64,000 bases of DNA, from the sequence record AP018932. One strand, written 5' to 3'. Shown here one piece after another: positions 21,572-32,431 of this stretch; within the stretch, counting starts at the first letter, position 1, and each line of letters begins with the position of its first letter. The DNA is from Escherichia phage KIT03. The position numbers and the translations under genes are program-made. Under the pieces are notes generated by a model. The model had not been told where the DNA came from. It saw only the letters and a program-made list of their open reading frames with translations, and ran no database searches.

Positions 21572-23031
21572 AAACCAGTTACCTCATGAAAATCACCAAA
21601 TACATCCTCGAATGTATTAGCTTTAGTTTTATCTTCACGCAAACGAATCGCAATTGGAAGAAATAATTTAACGTAATCAGTGCGGCCATCGGATTTTAAC
21701 CAACCGTTGCATTCGCACTCTAGAATTTTTCCAATATAATAATTTTGGTTTTCCATAATGCGAGTACGGTCAAGTTCATGTGATTTTACTCCGGCTTTAT
21801 CTTTTAAGCCTGAACCGGCATTTACCTTAATTTTTCCACACTCTGACTCAAGAATAAATCCACCTGCTTTAGTAGGGTCTTTACGGTGAGGATAAATTCC
21901 TACAATTTTTAAATCAACATCAATTACTTCTTTAAATTTATAGAGATTTTTTGAACGAGCATTTTCCCATAATCCATCGATATTTTTGAGAATAATACCT
22001 TCAAGACCTTGGTCAATATACTTTTTATAAATTACCTTAGCTTCATCTAGGTTATTTACTACTTGGTTTTCAATTAAAATTACTTTATCATATCCTGATG
22101 TCATTTGTTCTAATTTAGAAAAACGTACATCATATTTTAAACGAAATGCTGGAAGACCGTATATTTCTACCAACGGAACATAATCCCAGACCTGAAACTT
22201 CATGCATTGAGCTTCTTTTTCTGAAATAGTTCCCTTTAAAGATTTATTAGCGATTCCATTAGAAGTAGTACGTGATTCAGCTACTTCAGCAAACTCTTTA
22301 GCTTTACTAATTTCAGGATAAGCATCAAAAAGAAAATCTAGGCCTTCTGGCTCCTTTTTAACTTGCTCATGGTATACCAATTCGCCATCAATTAACACAC
22401 CTTCTGGATGAATCTGGCGGGCTTCAGCGGTCATTTTGATTAACTCTTCCTTAAGAAGATCTAATCCTAGATATTCATTACCAGCTCGTGATAAAAGACG
22501 GACATCATCTAATTCATCACCTCTAACTTCAGCAAAACACCGAGCTCCATCTGCTTTTAATTGTGCAAAGGCTGGAAATTTGATATTCTTACTAATGCCT
22601 TTTTCATCATAAGAACTTGCGAGCATTTGAGGTTGTTCAGGAATTAAACTTGGCCAAACTTTGTTTGCAATAGATACTGAAGCACCACATTCAAGGTCTC
22701 GCATCATCACTCGACGCAAAACTTCAACATCATCTTTTTTACCATCGGTGATATATCCAGATAATTCCTCAATTGCCGCATTTCCGGTCAATTTCCGAGT
22801 AGCTAACGTGAATTCAATGAAGTCAAGCATATCGGTAAGAGTCAACATTCCAAAACTCTGGGTAGCAATACCAGATTTAGGCCATTTCTTGATATAATAC
22901 TGCAACCCACGAGAATAAGTCAGACGATATACTCGTTTAAGCAATTCATTATCTTTATTCTTTTCAAGAATTGCTTGCTTCTGCTTAGTTGAACCAATAG
23001 ATGCTATTTCGTTCAGAATTTTAAGAATCAT
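21568..23031 (-). CDS. 30: ATP-dependent DNA ligase gp30
   Basis: 487-aa ORF recognised as T4 DNA ligase; adenylation lysine motif (KADGAR) present. Confidence 0.97.
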   Translation of the reverse strand: MILKILNEIASIGSTKQKQAILEKNKDNELLKRVYRLTYSRGLQYYIKKWPKSGIATQSFGMLTLTDMLDFIEFTLATRKLTGNAAIEELSGYITDGKKDDVEVLRRVMMRDLECGASVSIANKVWPSLIPEQPQMLASSYDEKGISKNIKFPAFAQLKADGARCFAEVRGDELDDVRLLSRAGNEYLGLDLLKEELIKMTAEARQIHPEGVLIDGELVYHEQVKKEPEGLDFLFDAYPEISKAKEFAEVAESRTTSNGIANKSLKGTISEKEAQCMKFQVWDYVPLVEIYGLPAFRLKYDVRFSKLEQMTSGYDKVILIENQVVNNLDEAKVIYKKYIDQGLEGIILKNIDGLWENARSKNLYKFKEVIDVDLKIVGIYPHRKDPTKAGGFILESECGKIKVNAGSGLKDKAGVKSHELDRTRIMENQNYYIGKILECECNGWLKSDGRTDYVKLFLPIAIRLREDKTKANTFEDVFGDFHEVTGL

Positions 23032-23297
23032 TGTTCATCCTTTAGAGTTTGGTTTACAGCTCTATTATAAATCAATTCATCATTAAGCTCAGTCAAAGAC
23101 CTATGGTACGTGGTTCTAACTTTATTTCCTTGCATCCAGTGTTTGACGTAAATGAAACCTTGCTCTACACATTTTTTAAAAATTCGTTCGTCTTTTTGAG
23201 CTCGGAATTCTGGATTGCATCTAAAAAATTGATTTACGTGACCGTAATCACGTGTAGTATTACCTTCATTTTCATAAATAGTGTGAACAACAAACAT
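23028..23297 (-). CDS. 30.1: hypothetical protein
   Basis: 89-aa ORF, translationally coupled. Confidence 0.7.
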   Translation of the reverse strand: MFVVHTIYENEGNTTRDYGHVNQFFRCNPEFRAQKDERIFKKCVEQGFIYVKHWMQGNKVRTTYHRSLTELNDELIYNRAVNQTLKDEQ

Positions 23298-24136
23298 TAG
23301 AATGCTCCTTGGAAAATATTATCACCACTAGTAGGTCTATTATACAAATACTCTATGCCACCAGGTTTAATATAGTTCCATGTCTGAAACGGATGTGTCT
23401 GATATGGATGATATGGATGATTATAAGGATTAAATCCAGGAGTTCTCCAGGTAGTGTTCCAACGAAAAGAATCATTTTTAATCATCTTTTCAATTACATC
23501 TTTTATAGCTTTTTCACTATCAAAACTTTCTTTATTTTCCTTTGGTGAAAAAAGCTTATTCTCTACATCGTTCCATGTATAAACTCGCTGAGCGGTTTTT
23601 GGAATACTGTCACGTTCCCCTCGAGCCATCCAATACACAGGAACACGTAATATTTCACTCGCATGATCGCAATGGTGAGCGAGATCGTCAATATAACAAA
23701 TTACGTTATATTTCTCTTTTGCCTTTTTGAACAACTCTTCTTTTGAAGAATCATGACCACACATCAATACTTCTGAGAAAGCACCAGGAAAAAGAGCATT
23801 CAAATTAAATTGACGATTCAACAGAGCGTCAATAGAATCACCCAATGCTGTAACAGCTACAAAATTATAATCTTCTTTTAATTTGTTAATTACACACAGT
23901 GCATCTTTATATGGAGACAAATAACGAATAAAATCTGATCGATTATATTTTTCAATTAACTTGACACCAAGTTCTTCATCACAATTAAAGAGTTTACCCG
24001 GAGAAATAAATTTCTCATCTTGGATCATTTTTAAAATATGTTCTAACGGAAGATTATATTTCTGAGCAAAATAAGGAAGGCCTGATTGCCAGCTTAAACA
24101 TACCCCGTCAATATCAGTCAAAATAGTAGGCTTCAT
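23297..24136 (-). CDS. 30.2: HAD-superfamily hydrolase-like protein
   Basis: 279-aa ORF; N-terminal DIDGV motif (HAD motif I) and later YIDD; Pro/His/Tyr-rich C-terminus. Confidence 0.75.
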   Translation of the reverse strand: MKPTILTDIDGVCLSWQSGLPYFAQKYNLPLEHILKMIQDEKFISPGKLFNCDEELGVKLIEKYNRSDFIRYLSPYKDALCVINKLKEDYNFVAVTALGDSIDALLNRQFNLNALFPGAFSEVLMCGHDSSKEELFKKAKEKYNVICYIDDLAHHCDHASEILRVPVYWMARGERDSIPKTAQRVYTWNDVENKLFSPKENKESFDSEKAIKDVIEKMIKNDSFRWNTTWRTPGFNPYNHPYHPYQTHPFQTWNYIKPGGIEYLYNRPTSGDNIFQGAF

Positions 24137-24597
24137 AGAGAGTCTCTTAATAGGTTTAACACATCAATAAATTCAGCTTCGGTTAGTATTGTATCATCTT
24201 TTGTTAGACCACTAGCCATGCTGTGCTTCAAAACTTTTCCTTTCGAGGCTAGTAATGCATTACGAAAGCCCTTGTTTTGAATCGCTGCTTCAAAATATGC
24301 ATTTGTGTATAATTCTTTCCACGCCGGGGAGTATCTTGAAAACGGAACTCCGAGCCAGAAGAGGGTCCCACGGTCCTGAGCTCTTGCATAAGACCTTCCA
24401 GCTTGTTGGGCGGCAAGCCCGGATAACCCAAATATACGACGCTGTTGTTCAACATTTTTCACCTTACATCCTTGGAGGAATCCTTCGAGACCTCCAAATT
24501 GGATACCATCCATAACAAAAGGCCATTGGGCGAAATTACTTAATGCACATGATGGCCATCTAAAATTGCTTCTTATCTCTAACTCAGACATTTTCAA
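24133..24597 (-). CDS. 30.3: NADAR/YbiA-like (DUF1768-like) protein
   Basis: 154-aa ORF; LSNF...GGLEGFLQGCK pattern resembles the NADAR family; assignment from memory. Confidence 0.65.
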   Translation of the reverse strand: MKMSELEIRSNFRWPSCALSNFAQWPFVMDGIQFGGLEGFLQGCKVKNVEQQRRIFGLSGLAAQQAGRSYARAQDRGTLFWLGVPFSRYSPAWKELYTNAYFEAAIQNKGFRNALLASKGKVLKHSMASGLTKDDTILTEAEFIDVLNLLRDSL

Positions 24598-24790
24598 TAC
24601 TTATAATTTCAACATCAGCCCAATGACCATAGCAAGGAAGACGAAATTCAACTGGCCAGTTAGGGTCCTTTTCTAATATAATAGACTGAACTTGTGGCTC
24701 TTCATGTTCATCGGTATACGGACCTTTATACGTTACTTTATATGTAACCTTAATGTACTGAATTCCAAAAATCTTATTAATTATATTCAT
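24584..24790 (-). CDS. 30.3': hypothetical protein
   Basis: 68-aa ORF. Confidence 0.6.
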   Translation of the reverse strand: MNIINKIFGIQYIKVTYKVTYKGPYTDEHEEPQVQSIILEKDPNWPVEFRLPCYGHWADVEIISIENV

Positions 24791-24984
24791 ATTAATTCCT
24801 TTAATCCATAGATAGGAGATAATTCATCACCCATACGAAGGTCTTCATTTCCATCTACCCAGGAAACAATATAAGCCTCTTTTATTTGAATACCACTCCA
24901 TTTAAATGGAGGTAGAACCTTAGAAATTAATCCAGGTATACCAACTCCCTTTAATTCAACAGTTTGACCCAAAAAGAATTTCAT
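24787..24984 (-). CDS. 30.4: hypothetical protein
   Basis: 65-aa ORF. Confidence 0.6.
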   Translation of the reverse strand: MKFFLGQTVELKGVGIPGLISKVLPPFKWSGIQIKEAYIVSWVDGNEDLRMGDELSPIYGLKELI

Positions 24985-25271
24985 TAGAACCTCATCTGAA
25001 AACCATGCGATTTAACATTACCGCCGCCAATATCAGAAATGTTAATTTCACGCGCAATTGAAGGGTCAATGTCAATTTCACGATTGAGTTTAGTGATAGC
25101 TAAAGTATCACGCCCATTTACTGTACGGAATTCTAAAGGACAAACCACATCAACGTAATTTTTAATCGATTCACTGGTAGGTTGCAAATGAGCAGGAAGG
25201 CCTTTGGGCGCCTTTGAGAAAACCACTTCACAGAAATTTTTGCGGGTGTCAAAATAAGTAGTCATAAACAT
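24984..25271 (-). CDS. 30.5: hypothetical protein
   Basis: 95-aa ORF with GAGG RBS just downstream of a CUUCGG hairpin. Confidence 0.65.
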   Translation of the reverse strand: MFMTTYFDTRKNFCEVVFSKAPKGLPAHLQPTSESIKNYVDVVCPLEFRTVNGRDTLAITKLNREIDIDPSIAREINISDIGGGNVKSHGFQMRF

Positions 25272-25312
25272 AATATTTTCCTCAGTAAGGGGCCGAAGCC
25301 CCTCATTTATTT

Positions 25313-25690
25313 TTAAATATCAAATTCGTTAAGAACTACATCAAAGATTGCTTCAAGATGCTCAGGTTTAGCTCTGTTACTCAGAATATGACGAATCCAA
25401 GTTTTAACCAAAAGCTTACGATTATCACCATTCCAGCAAGGATGAGTCCCTAAATCGCGTTGACGAAAATCATCATCCAGAGCGATTTTGAAGTTAGAAC
25501 CTTCCATTGTGATTGAAACCGTGATGCCATTTTCAAATCGCATATAAACGTAGTTAGGAGTCATATACTGTTCAATTTCGCATACTGATCCATTTTGATG
25601 TTTCCAAAGGCAAATAGTATCAATAGAACCTGCAATACTATTAGAAACATATTTACGTTCAAAGTTGATGTAGTTCATTTTATTCTCCAA
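25313..25690 (-). CDS. 30.6: hypothetical protein
   Basis: 125-aa ORF. Confidence 0.65.
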   Translation of the reverse strand: MENKMNYINFERKYVSNSIAGSIDTICLWKHQNGSVCEIEQYMTPNYVYMRFENGITVSITMEGSNFKIALDDDFRQRDLGTHPCWNGDNRKLLVKTWIRHILSNRAKPEHLEAIFDVVLNEFDI

Positions 25691-25745
25691 GATGTTTAAT
25701 TGCGGTACAGGTATATAATATCATATCCTGTACCAAAGTAAACAA

Positions 25746-26078
25746 TTATTTTACTACTTTCCAATGCTGCATGTCAAGTTTACCAACTTTTTTCATCTTC
25801 TCAATTAAGCGTTCTGCACGTTGACGAGCTGTAACATAATGCCATTCACCTAATTCATTTTGTTCAATTTTTCCAACGATTACTGTATTCAATTCATAAA
25901 TCCAACCAGTAAAGAAATTATGAACTTGAATAGTAAAGGTGAAATCTGTTCCCATACCTTCTGCTGTTTCTACTTCAATAATATCACCTTCAACTGCCAT
26001 TAAGAACCACATAGTTTCATCATATTTACCATTGAAGCATTTAGTTTTAACTGCAGCGTTCAGATTAATCGTTTTCAT
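25746..26078 (-). CDS. 30.7: hypothetical protein
   Basis: 110-aa ORF downstream of an early-promoter-like element. Confidence 0.65.
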   Translation of the reverse strand: MKTINLNAAVKTKCFNGKYDETMWFLMAVEGDIIEVETAEGMGTDFTFTIQVHNFFTGWIYELNTVIVGKIEQNELGEWHYVTARQRAERLIEKMKKVGKLDMQHWKVVK

Positions 26079-26187
26079 TTTATTCTCCTTTGTTTGTGTA
26101 AGATAATACTATCACAAAGGAGCTTACTGTAAACAACTTTATGCAATCTTTGGAAAATAAAAAAGGACTCCCGAAGGAGTCCTCAAC

Positions 26188-26364
26188 TTATGCTTTCTGC
26201 TTACCAAAACGAGAAGCATCATCTCGAAGAACCGCACGTGCTCGGCGCATGATCTTCTCAACAGTTTGATTGATACGAGAGTTCGACCCACGCTTGTAGC
26301 CAGCGCGTTTAGAATCACCAACTTTCTTTTCAACTGCTTTCTTTGCTTTAACTTGTTTTGCCAT
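26188..26364 (-). CDS. 30.8: small highly basic protein
   Basis: likely start MAKQVKAKK with AAGAG RBS (tracked ORF extends to 26406); Lys/Arg-rich. Confidence 0.55.
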   Translation of the reverse strand: MAKQVKAKKAVEKKVGDSKRAGYKRGSNSRINQTVEKIMRRARAVLRDDASRFGKQKA

Positions 26365-26609
26365 TATAAATTCTCTTTTAAATGAAAATGCAGGACTTAT
26401 TGGCATTGCCTGCGCAAGCCCTCAAGGGGAACATAGGTTTTTGGATATTTAACGACCAGGATAACCATAAACCCGTCATCATTCACATTCAAGAGGTACA
26501 CCGTAAAACTGCCGGGGTCTTAAAACTATAATGATTCGCAAATCATTAATCAGACAGTTCGACGGCTCCTCGATTTTAGCTCACACTAAGGCAGTGAATC
26601 TCCAATAAA

Positions 26610-26858
26610 TTACTTCAATGTTACCACAAAGTGACGAACTGCTTTTCGTGCAGCAGAAGCCAAAGGCTTAGCATATTTAAGTTCATCTTTTTCCTGAAGC
26701 TCAGCAGCTAGTGCAGTTTGAGCAGGATTCAGATGTTTGAAATAACGCAGGATTTCAAGAGCTTCGGCTTCAACATCAATAGATGCGCCATAGTTTTCGT
26801 GACCATTATTCCATGCGTTTCGTTGCAGTTCAAGAGCGTGTTGTAATTGTTTAATCAT
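26610..26858 (-). CDS. rIII: lysis inhibition accessory protein rIII
   Basis: 82-aa ORF recognised as rIII. Confidence 0.9.
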   Translation of the reverse strand: MIKQLQHALELQRNAWNNGHENYGASIDVEAEALEILRYFKHLNPAQTALAAELQEKDELKYAKPLASAARKAVRHFVVTLK

Positions 26859-27005
26859 TTAAAAATTCTCGTTAGAGATTAAAACTCGGTAGTCACGTTC
26901 TTCTGAATTTCATCTTCTTTCGACAGATCTCTCAGTTGTAGACTACCACATAGAATTGTTCGGTTAACTTATTATTCCGACACCCAATTCATATTATTAT
27001 TTATA

Positions 27006-27341
27006 TCACTTATAAAGACACGGAATAGCTTTATAGTGACAAGTAACGAATTTTTGTTTAATTTCTTTTGGCTGCTTAAGACCCAGAGCTACAAAAGGAT
27101 GCGGAACATTTCGAATTTGACCAACTGGAAGAGAAGTCAAATCACCAACTTCGCAGAAACCTTCAGGAACATCAGGACCAACAGAGTGAACTACACACAG
27201 TTCAGGAACTTCACCTTGAGCACGTTTACCGATAATAAGTCCTGATTCTGTAACTTCTTCATCACCGGCTTGTGCAGGTTCAGAAACTAAAATAACATAT
27301 TCACCGACAGCACGAATTGGTAGCTGTTGTACTTCAGACAT
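27006..27341 (-). CDS. 31: co-chaperonin gp31 (GroES analogue)
   Basis: 111-aa ORF recognised as gp31. Confidence 0.93.
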   Translation of the reverse strand: MSEVQQLPIRAVGEYVILVSEPAQAGDEEVTESGLIIGKRAQGEVPELCVVHSVGPDVPEGFCEVGDLTSLPVGQIRNVPHPFVALGLKQPKEIKQKFVTCHYKAIPCLYK

Positions 27342-27397
27342 CGTTTTTCCTTTTTGTTAACAGATGAATTAATAATAACAAATAATTCTTAAAGCAT

Positions 27398-27706
27398 TTA
27401 TTTACCAATAAATTGGAGTAAATGCTCAACTTTCATACCATTAACAGAAATCAATTTGTCAATAGAAAAACCTCGCCACTCGCCAAGCTCAACATCAAAT
27501 ACTGGAATCATGCCAGTAGATTCTTTCCGAGTAGATTCAGTCAATTTACCGGTTTGCATGGTTGGCATAAAGTCTGCATCACGAGTACCTTTCATAGTAC
27601 GAATAGTACCATCAGACTTTTCAAAAACCACGTTTGAAATACCCATGGACAATTTAGTTTTCAAAATTTCACGAATTGCTACTTTCTGTTCAGTTGTCAG
27701 TTTCAT
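27398..27706 (-). CDS. 31.1: hypothetical protein
   Basis: 102-aa ORF. Confidence 0.65.
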   Translation of the reverse strand: MKLTTEQKVAIREILKTKLSMGISNVVFEKSDGTIRTMKGTRDADFMPTMQTGKLTESTRKESTGMIPVFDVELGEWRGFSIDKLISVNGMKVEHLLQFIGK

Positions 27707-27943
27707 TTATTTACCTATTACAGTTTTAATATGAGTTGTTCCACGTTCTTTAAGAGTGGAAAGCAACTTTTGGCATTTTTCTAAATCAGATTTCCAACTA
27801 TACGGCCTATCAATACAAACCCATTCTGACTTATAATACTGTTTCCATTTAGAGAAAAAATATTTCTTATACTCTACAGCAAATGAAATGTTCTCGTTAG
27901 AATAAGAACTAATTGCTGTGAGCTGTACCAAACGAAATTTCAT
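27707..27943 (-). CDS. 31.2: hypothetical protein
   Basis: 78-aa ORF. Confidence 0.6.
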   Translation of the reverse strand: MKFRLVQLTAISSYSNENISFAVEYKKYFFSKWKQYYKSEWVCIDRPYSWKSDLEKCQKLLSTLKERGTTHIKTVIGK

Positions 27944-28524
27944 TATTCACCACAGAATTCGTTGATATTTTCCCAGTTTAACTTATTCAAGTTTTTCTTA
28001 GGAACATTAAACACTTCAATACCTGCATTTCGCAGAATATCATCCCAGCCAGGTTTATTTTTATCGTATGTTTCACAATAAACCAACTTTTTAATTCCAG
28101 ATTGAGCTATCGCTTTTGCACAATCTGGGCAAGGAGAAAGTGTTACATACATAGTAGCACCTTCAATAGAAGAACCATTTCGTGCAGCAAACAAAATTGC
28201 ATTTAGTTCAGCATGAATTTCATTTTTAGACGACCATTCAGAGTGAGCGCTCCGGTGTTCTTTTGCCAAGATAAAACGATCAGTTGAACCAAATGATACA
28301 CATTCGGGCTTATGACCTTGGATGATAGTATGTTTAGGTTTATTCAGCAACCAACCTTGCTCGGCGGCATAATCACAACAGTTCACACCACCAGCAGGTG
28401 AACCATTATATCCGGTAGAAATAATACGTCCATTCTTTTCAATTACTGCTCCTACCTTCCAGGAGCAACATTTTGATTCTTGTGATACTAAATATGCAAT
28501 TTGAAGTACTGTACTCGCTTTCAT
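27943..28524 (-). CDS. cd: dCMP deaminase
   Basis: 193-aa ORF with cytidine/deoxycytidylate deaminase zinc motifs (HAE...PCPDC). Confidence 0.95.
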   Translation of the reverse strand: MKASTVLQIAYLVSQESKCCSWKVGAVIEKNGRIISTGYNGSPAGGVNCCDYAAEQGWLLNKPKHTIIQGHKPECVSFGSTDRFILAKEHRSAHSEWSSKNEIHAELNAILFAARNGSSIEGATMYVTLSPCPDCAKAIAQSGIKKLVYCETYDKNKPGWDDILRNAGIEVFNVPKKNLNKLNWENINEFCGE

Positions 28525-28859
28525 TTCATAATCACCAGATAAGCAGATTTAGCAGTTTCAACACGATAAATTTCGTGACGAAGTTTAGTTATACTTTTAA
28601 TAACAGAACTAATTATATTCTGCCCATCTTTAAAGCGGTTTTTCTTATCAATAAAAATTGCGCCAACCATCTTTTTGTGAAGCTCAACTGGATACTTCGT
28701 CACAATAATAGCATCATATACGGAAGGATGAATACTATTCACCAGAGTGTCATTCATTAAAGTTATTCTAATGAACTGAGCTGTTTCAGAGTCAAGCGCT
28801 CTATGATCGCCAGTATCATTTTCAAGACAATTATCAATTATATCAGTTAAATTCATCAT
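28521..28859 (-). CDS. cd.1: hypothetical protein
   Basis: 112-aa ORF. Confidence 0.65.
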   Translation of the reverse strand: MMNLTDIIDNCLENDTGDHRALDSETAQFIRITLMNDTLVNSIHPSVYDAIIVTKYPVELHKKMVGAIFIDKKNRFKDGQNIISSVIKSITKLRHEIYRVETAKSAYLVIMK

Positions 28860-29095
28860 AGTACGCCATACACCCTTTGTGCTTCAACTAATCCATCAAA
28901 ATCCAATTTGAGATGTGTTATTTGATCACCATCACCTGGATTCACAATTACTAATACTGAACGAGGAGTTTCGGTAATAACACGAACCGATGTTTCAGGA
29001 AATCGTTCAGAAACCTTATTTACCAATTCCTGGGCAAATAGTTTAACTTTTTCTTGGAATTCTTTAACAGTAATCGGTTTTTCACTTAGCAGCAT
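28856..29095 (-). CDS. cd.2: hypothetical protein
   Basis: 79-aa ORF downstream of an early-promoter-like element. Confidence 0.65.
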   Translation of the reverse strand: MLLSEKPITVKEFQEKVKLFAQELVNKVSERFPETSVRVITETPRSVLVIVNPGDGDQITHLKLDFDGLVEAQRVYGVL

Positions 29096-29156
29096 TTTGT
29101 TTTCCTCATTTGTTTGGTAGAGCTATAATATCACAACTCTACCGTAAAGTAAACTA

Positions 29157-29432
29157 TTAAATTGCTTTGAATTCTGCTGTCTGCGATTCAAAGCGAATGT
29201 CGCCTTTAATAACTAACTCAGCATCAAGACCGAATACGACAATGATATGCGCGGAACCTGGATACAGCGTAATGGCAACAGAATCCACCTGGTCTGGAAG
29301 CAAAGTGTTCAATACATGAGTCACTTGAGCATGGATTCGAAGCTCGGCTGCGTTATCAAGCTTTTCAAACATGTTATTAGCGATAATTTGACTAAACACT
29401 ACTTCTACGATTTTAGAATAAGTCGGAAACAT
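29157..29432 (-). CDS. cd.3: hypothetical protein
   Basis: 91-aa ORF. Confidence 0.65.
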   Translation of the reverse strand: MFPTYSKIVEVVFSQIIANNMFEKLDNAAELRIHAQVTHVLNTLLPDQVDSVAITLYPGSAHIIVVFGLDAELVIKGDIRFESQTAEFKAI

Positions 29433-29434
29433 AT

Positions 29435-29635
29435 TTACCTCACATAATTTTCTTCAAGCCAATCAATAACATCCAACGCATTATCAAAAGTTGAACCATC
29501 TACTTTGTCTTCTGTTTCATAATCAAGAACATCTAAACCTACTCTTCCATCAACAATAGGCCATAAACAAAATAGATATTTCTTTTCTTTTTCAATTTTA
29601 TCACAAAGACGATAAATCTTTTCTAGGTTATTCAT
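29435..29635 (-). CDS. cd.4: hypothetical protein
   Basis: 66-aa ORF. Confidence 0.6.
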   Translation of the reverse strand: MNNLEKIYRLCDKIEKEKKYLFCLWPIVDGRVGLDVLDYETEDKVDGSTFDNALDVIDWLEENYVR

Positions 29636-29824
29636 AAGTTTTCCATGGTAAAGGCAGTTTAGTTTTCTTTACTGTTAGTTCAATATCAGGATTCTTTTCT
29701 CTTAATTTAAGGCATTCCTCCCAAGCTCTGATTTCACTAGTGAAAACACAAAATTGACCATTACTAGTACCAACTAAACCGCTATTTACAATAACAATAG
29801 CCCAAGTTTCATGATGCAAAGCCA

Positions 29825-29825
<1 letters not shown>
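29628..29825 (-). CDS. cd.5: hypothetical protein
   Basis: 65-aa ORF; start overlaps the terminal stop of the pseT C-terminal reading frame. Confidence 0.6.
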
Positions 29826-31029
<1,204 letters not shown>

Positions 31030-31033
<4 letters not shown>

Positions 31034-31260
31034 TTATTTTTCTCAACCAATGATTGAATATAATCATGCAGGTCTTTAGATGCTTTACCCCACTTATTTT
31101 GATATTCATTTTTGAGATTAGCGCGTGATTGAGCTAATAAAACATCATTAGTTGGAGGTAAAGATTCTAATCGTTGAATCTGTCGTCCATAAATCATTGC
31201 AGCCATCTCGGATTCATAAATTAATCCTTTTAGATGTTCAAATTGATACCATGAAATCAT
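31030..31260 (-). CDS. pseT.2: hypothetical protein
   Basis: 76-aa ORF. Confidence 0.6.
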
Positions 31261-31556
31261 TTACATTTATCCTCTTTTAGCTCTTGACGATAATAACATA
31301 TCATAGTTTTCTGGTCATGTACATATCGTTTTACATCATTAAGCCAAATACGAAATTCCTGGGAATCTTCAAATGGCATACCGACCCAAGCTTTACCATC
31401 AATAACTTTAACTTGCCAAGATAGTTTAGCTTCATCATATGACTTTATTTGTACAGGCCAATTAGGATGAACTGCTTCTTTCTTTACTTCTAGAGGCTTT
31501 GTCGAACAACCAACTAGAAGACCAATAGATAATATTACTGCTGATAGTTTAATCAT
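31257..31556 (-). CDS. pseT.3: predicted lipoprotein
   Basis: 99-aa ORF; N-terminal signal peptide with lipobox LLVGC. Confidence 0.65.
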   Translation of the reverse strand: MIKLSAVILSIGLLVGCSTKPLEVKKEAVHPNWPVQIKSYDEAKLSWQVKVIDGKAWVGMPFEDSQEFRIWLNDVKRYVHDQKTMICYYRQELKEDKCK

Positions 31557-31906
31557 TTAGAAAGGTCCTGGATGTCTTCTGCGAACTTGTTGAAGGAGTT
31601 GTTGATTTGTTTTTCAACCAATCCTGGCTTATGAGCCACCACATCCGCCTTCTTTGCGTCTTTGCGCAGTTTTTCATTTTCACGCTCAATAGCAGCAATT
31701 GCCTCACGATTTTTATTATTCATCGCATCAATATAATTATACTGAATTCGCAAATTATTTAATGCTAAAGCGTTTTCATTGGCCGTTTTTGTAATTTCTA
31801 CAACAGACGTTTCTAATCTTTCAATTTTATTTTTTAAAATTAAAGAAGTTCCGCCCAATGCAATTACAATTAATAGCAAACCTGTTGTCGTATTACTTAA
31901 TTGCAT
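31553..31906 (-). CDS. membrane-anchored coiled-coil protein
   Basis: 117-aa ORF; N-terminal hydrophobic helix (LLLIVIALGGTSLIL) followed by charged coiled-coil-like region. Confidence 0.6.
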   Translation of the reverse strand: MQLSNTTTGLLLIVIALGGTSLILKNKIERLETSVVEITKTANENALALNNLRIQYNYIDAMNNKNREAIAAIERENEKLRKDAKKADVVAHKPGLVEKQINNSFNKFAEDIQDLSK

Positions 31907-32400
31907 AAAGTTTTAATAACCTCTATAATATCGTCTTGAGAAAGACCGTTAATTAAAATATGATGTTCAGCTGGAGATTTAGAAATTTTAAAGCATGCCT
32001 CAACATCTTCTGCCATATCCGATGCACTACGATTTGGATTACTAATACCAAGGCGGTGTTTTCCCGTCAAAGGATTAACGATGATATAGCATTTACAGCT
32101 ATTGATATGAACATTAGGTTGAGTCTGATTAATGAACACTTCACAATCATACTTAGCGAGTTGATTTTCTAAAAAGACTTTCATCTCCTCAACCGCATCA
32201 GGAAGCATATCACGGGCTTGCTCAAGACGACGATTTCGATATTCTTTAATGGTCGTTTTCCGCTTGACTTGTTTAGCTAAATCTTTCTTAAGATCAGTGA
32301 TATATCCAACTCGACGATTTCCTTTGAATACAGAAATCCCATCTGTAGTATCACCGTATGCTTCAACGACCATTTCAGTAGTAATAAGTTGTAAATCCAT
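31897..32400 (-). CDS. alc: Alc, host transcription elongation inhibitor
   Basis: 167/168-aa ORF recognised as Alc, immediately downstream of an early promoter. Confidence 0.85.
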   Translation of the reverse strand: MDLQLITTEMVVEAYGDTTDGISVFKGNRRVGYITDLKKDLAKQVKRKTTIKEYRNRRLEQARDMLPDAVEEMKVFLENQLAKYDCEVFINQTQPNVHINSCKCYIIVNPLTGKHRLGISNPNRSASDMAEDVEACFKISKSPAEHHILINGLSQDDIIEVIKTLCN

Positions 32401-32431
32401 CATAAAGTCCTCATGTTATGTCAGTAAGATT

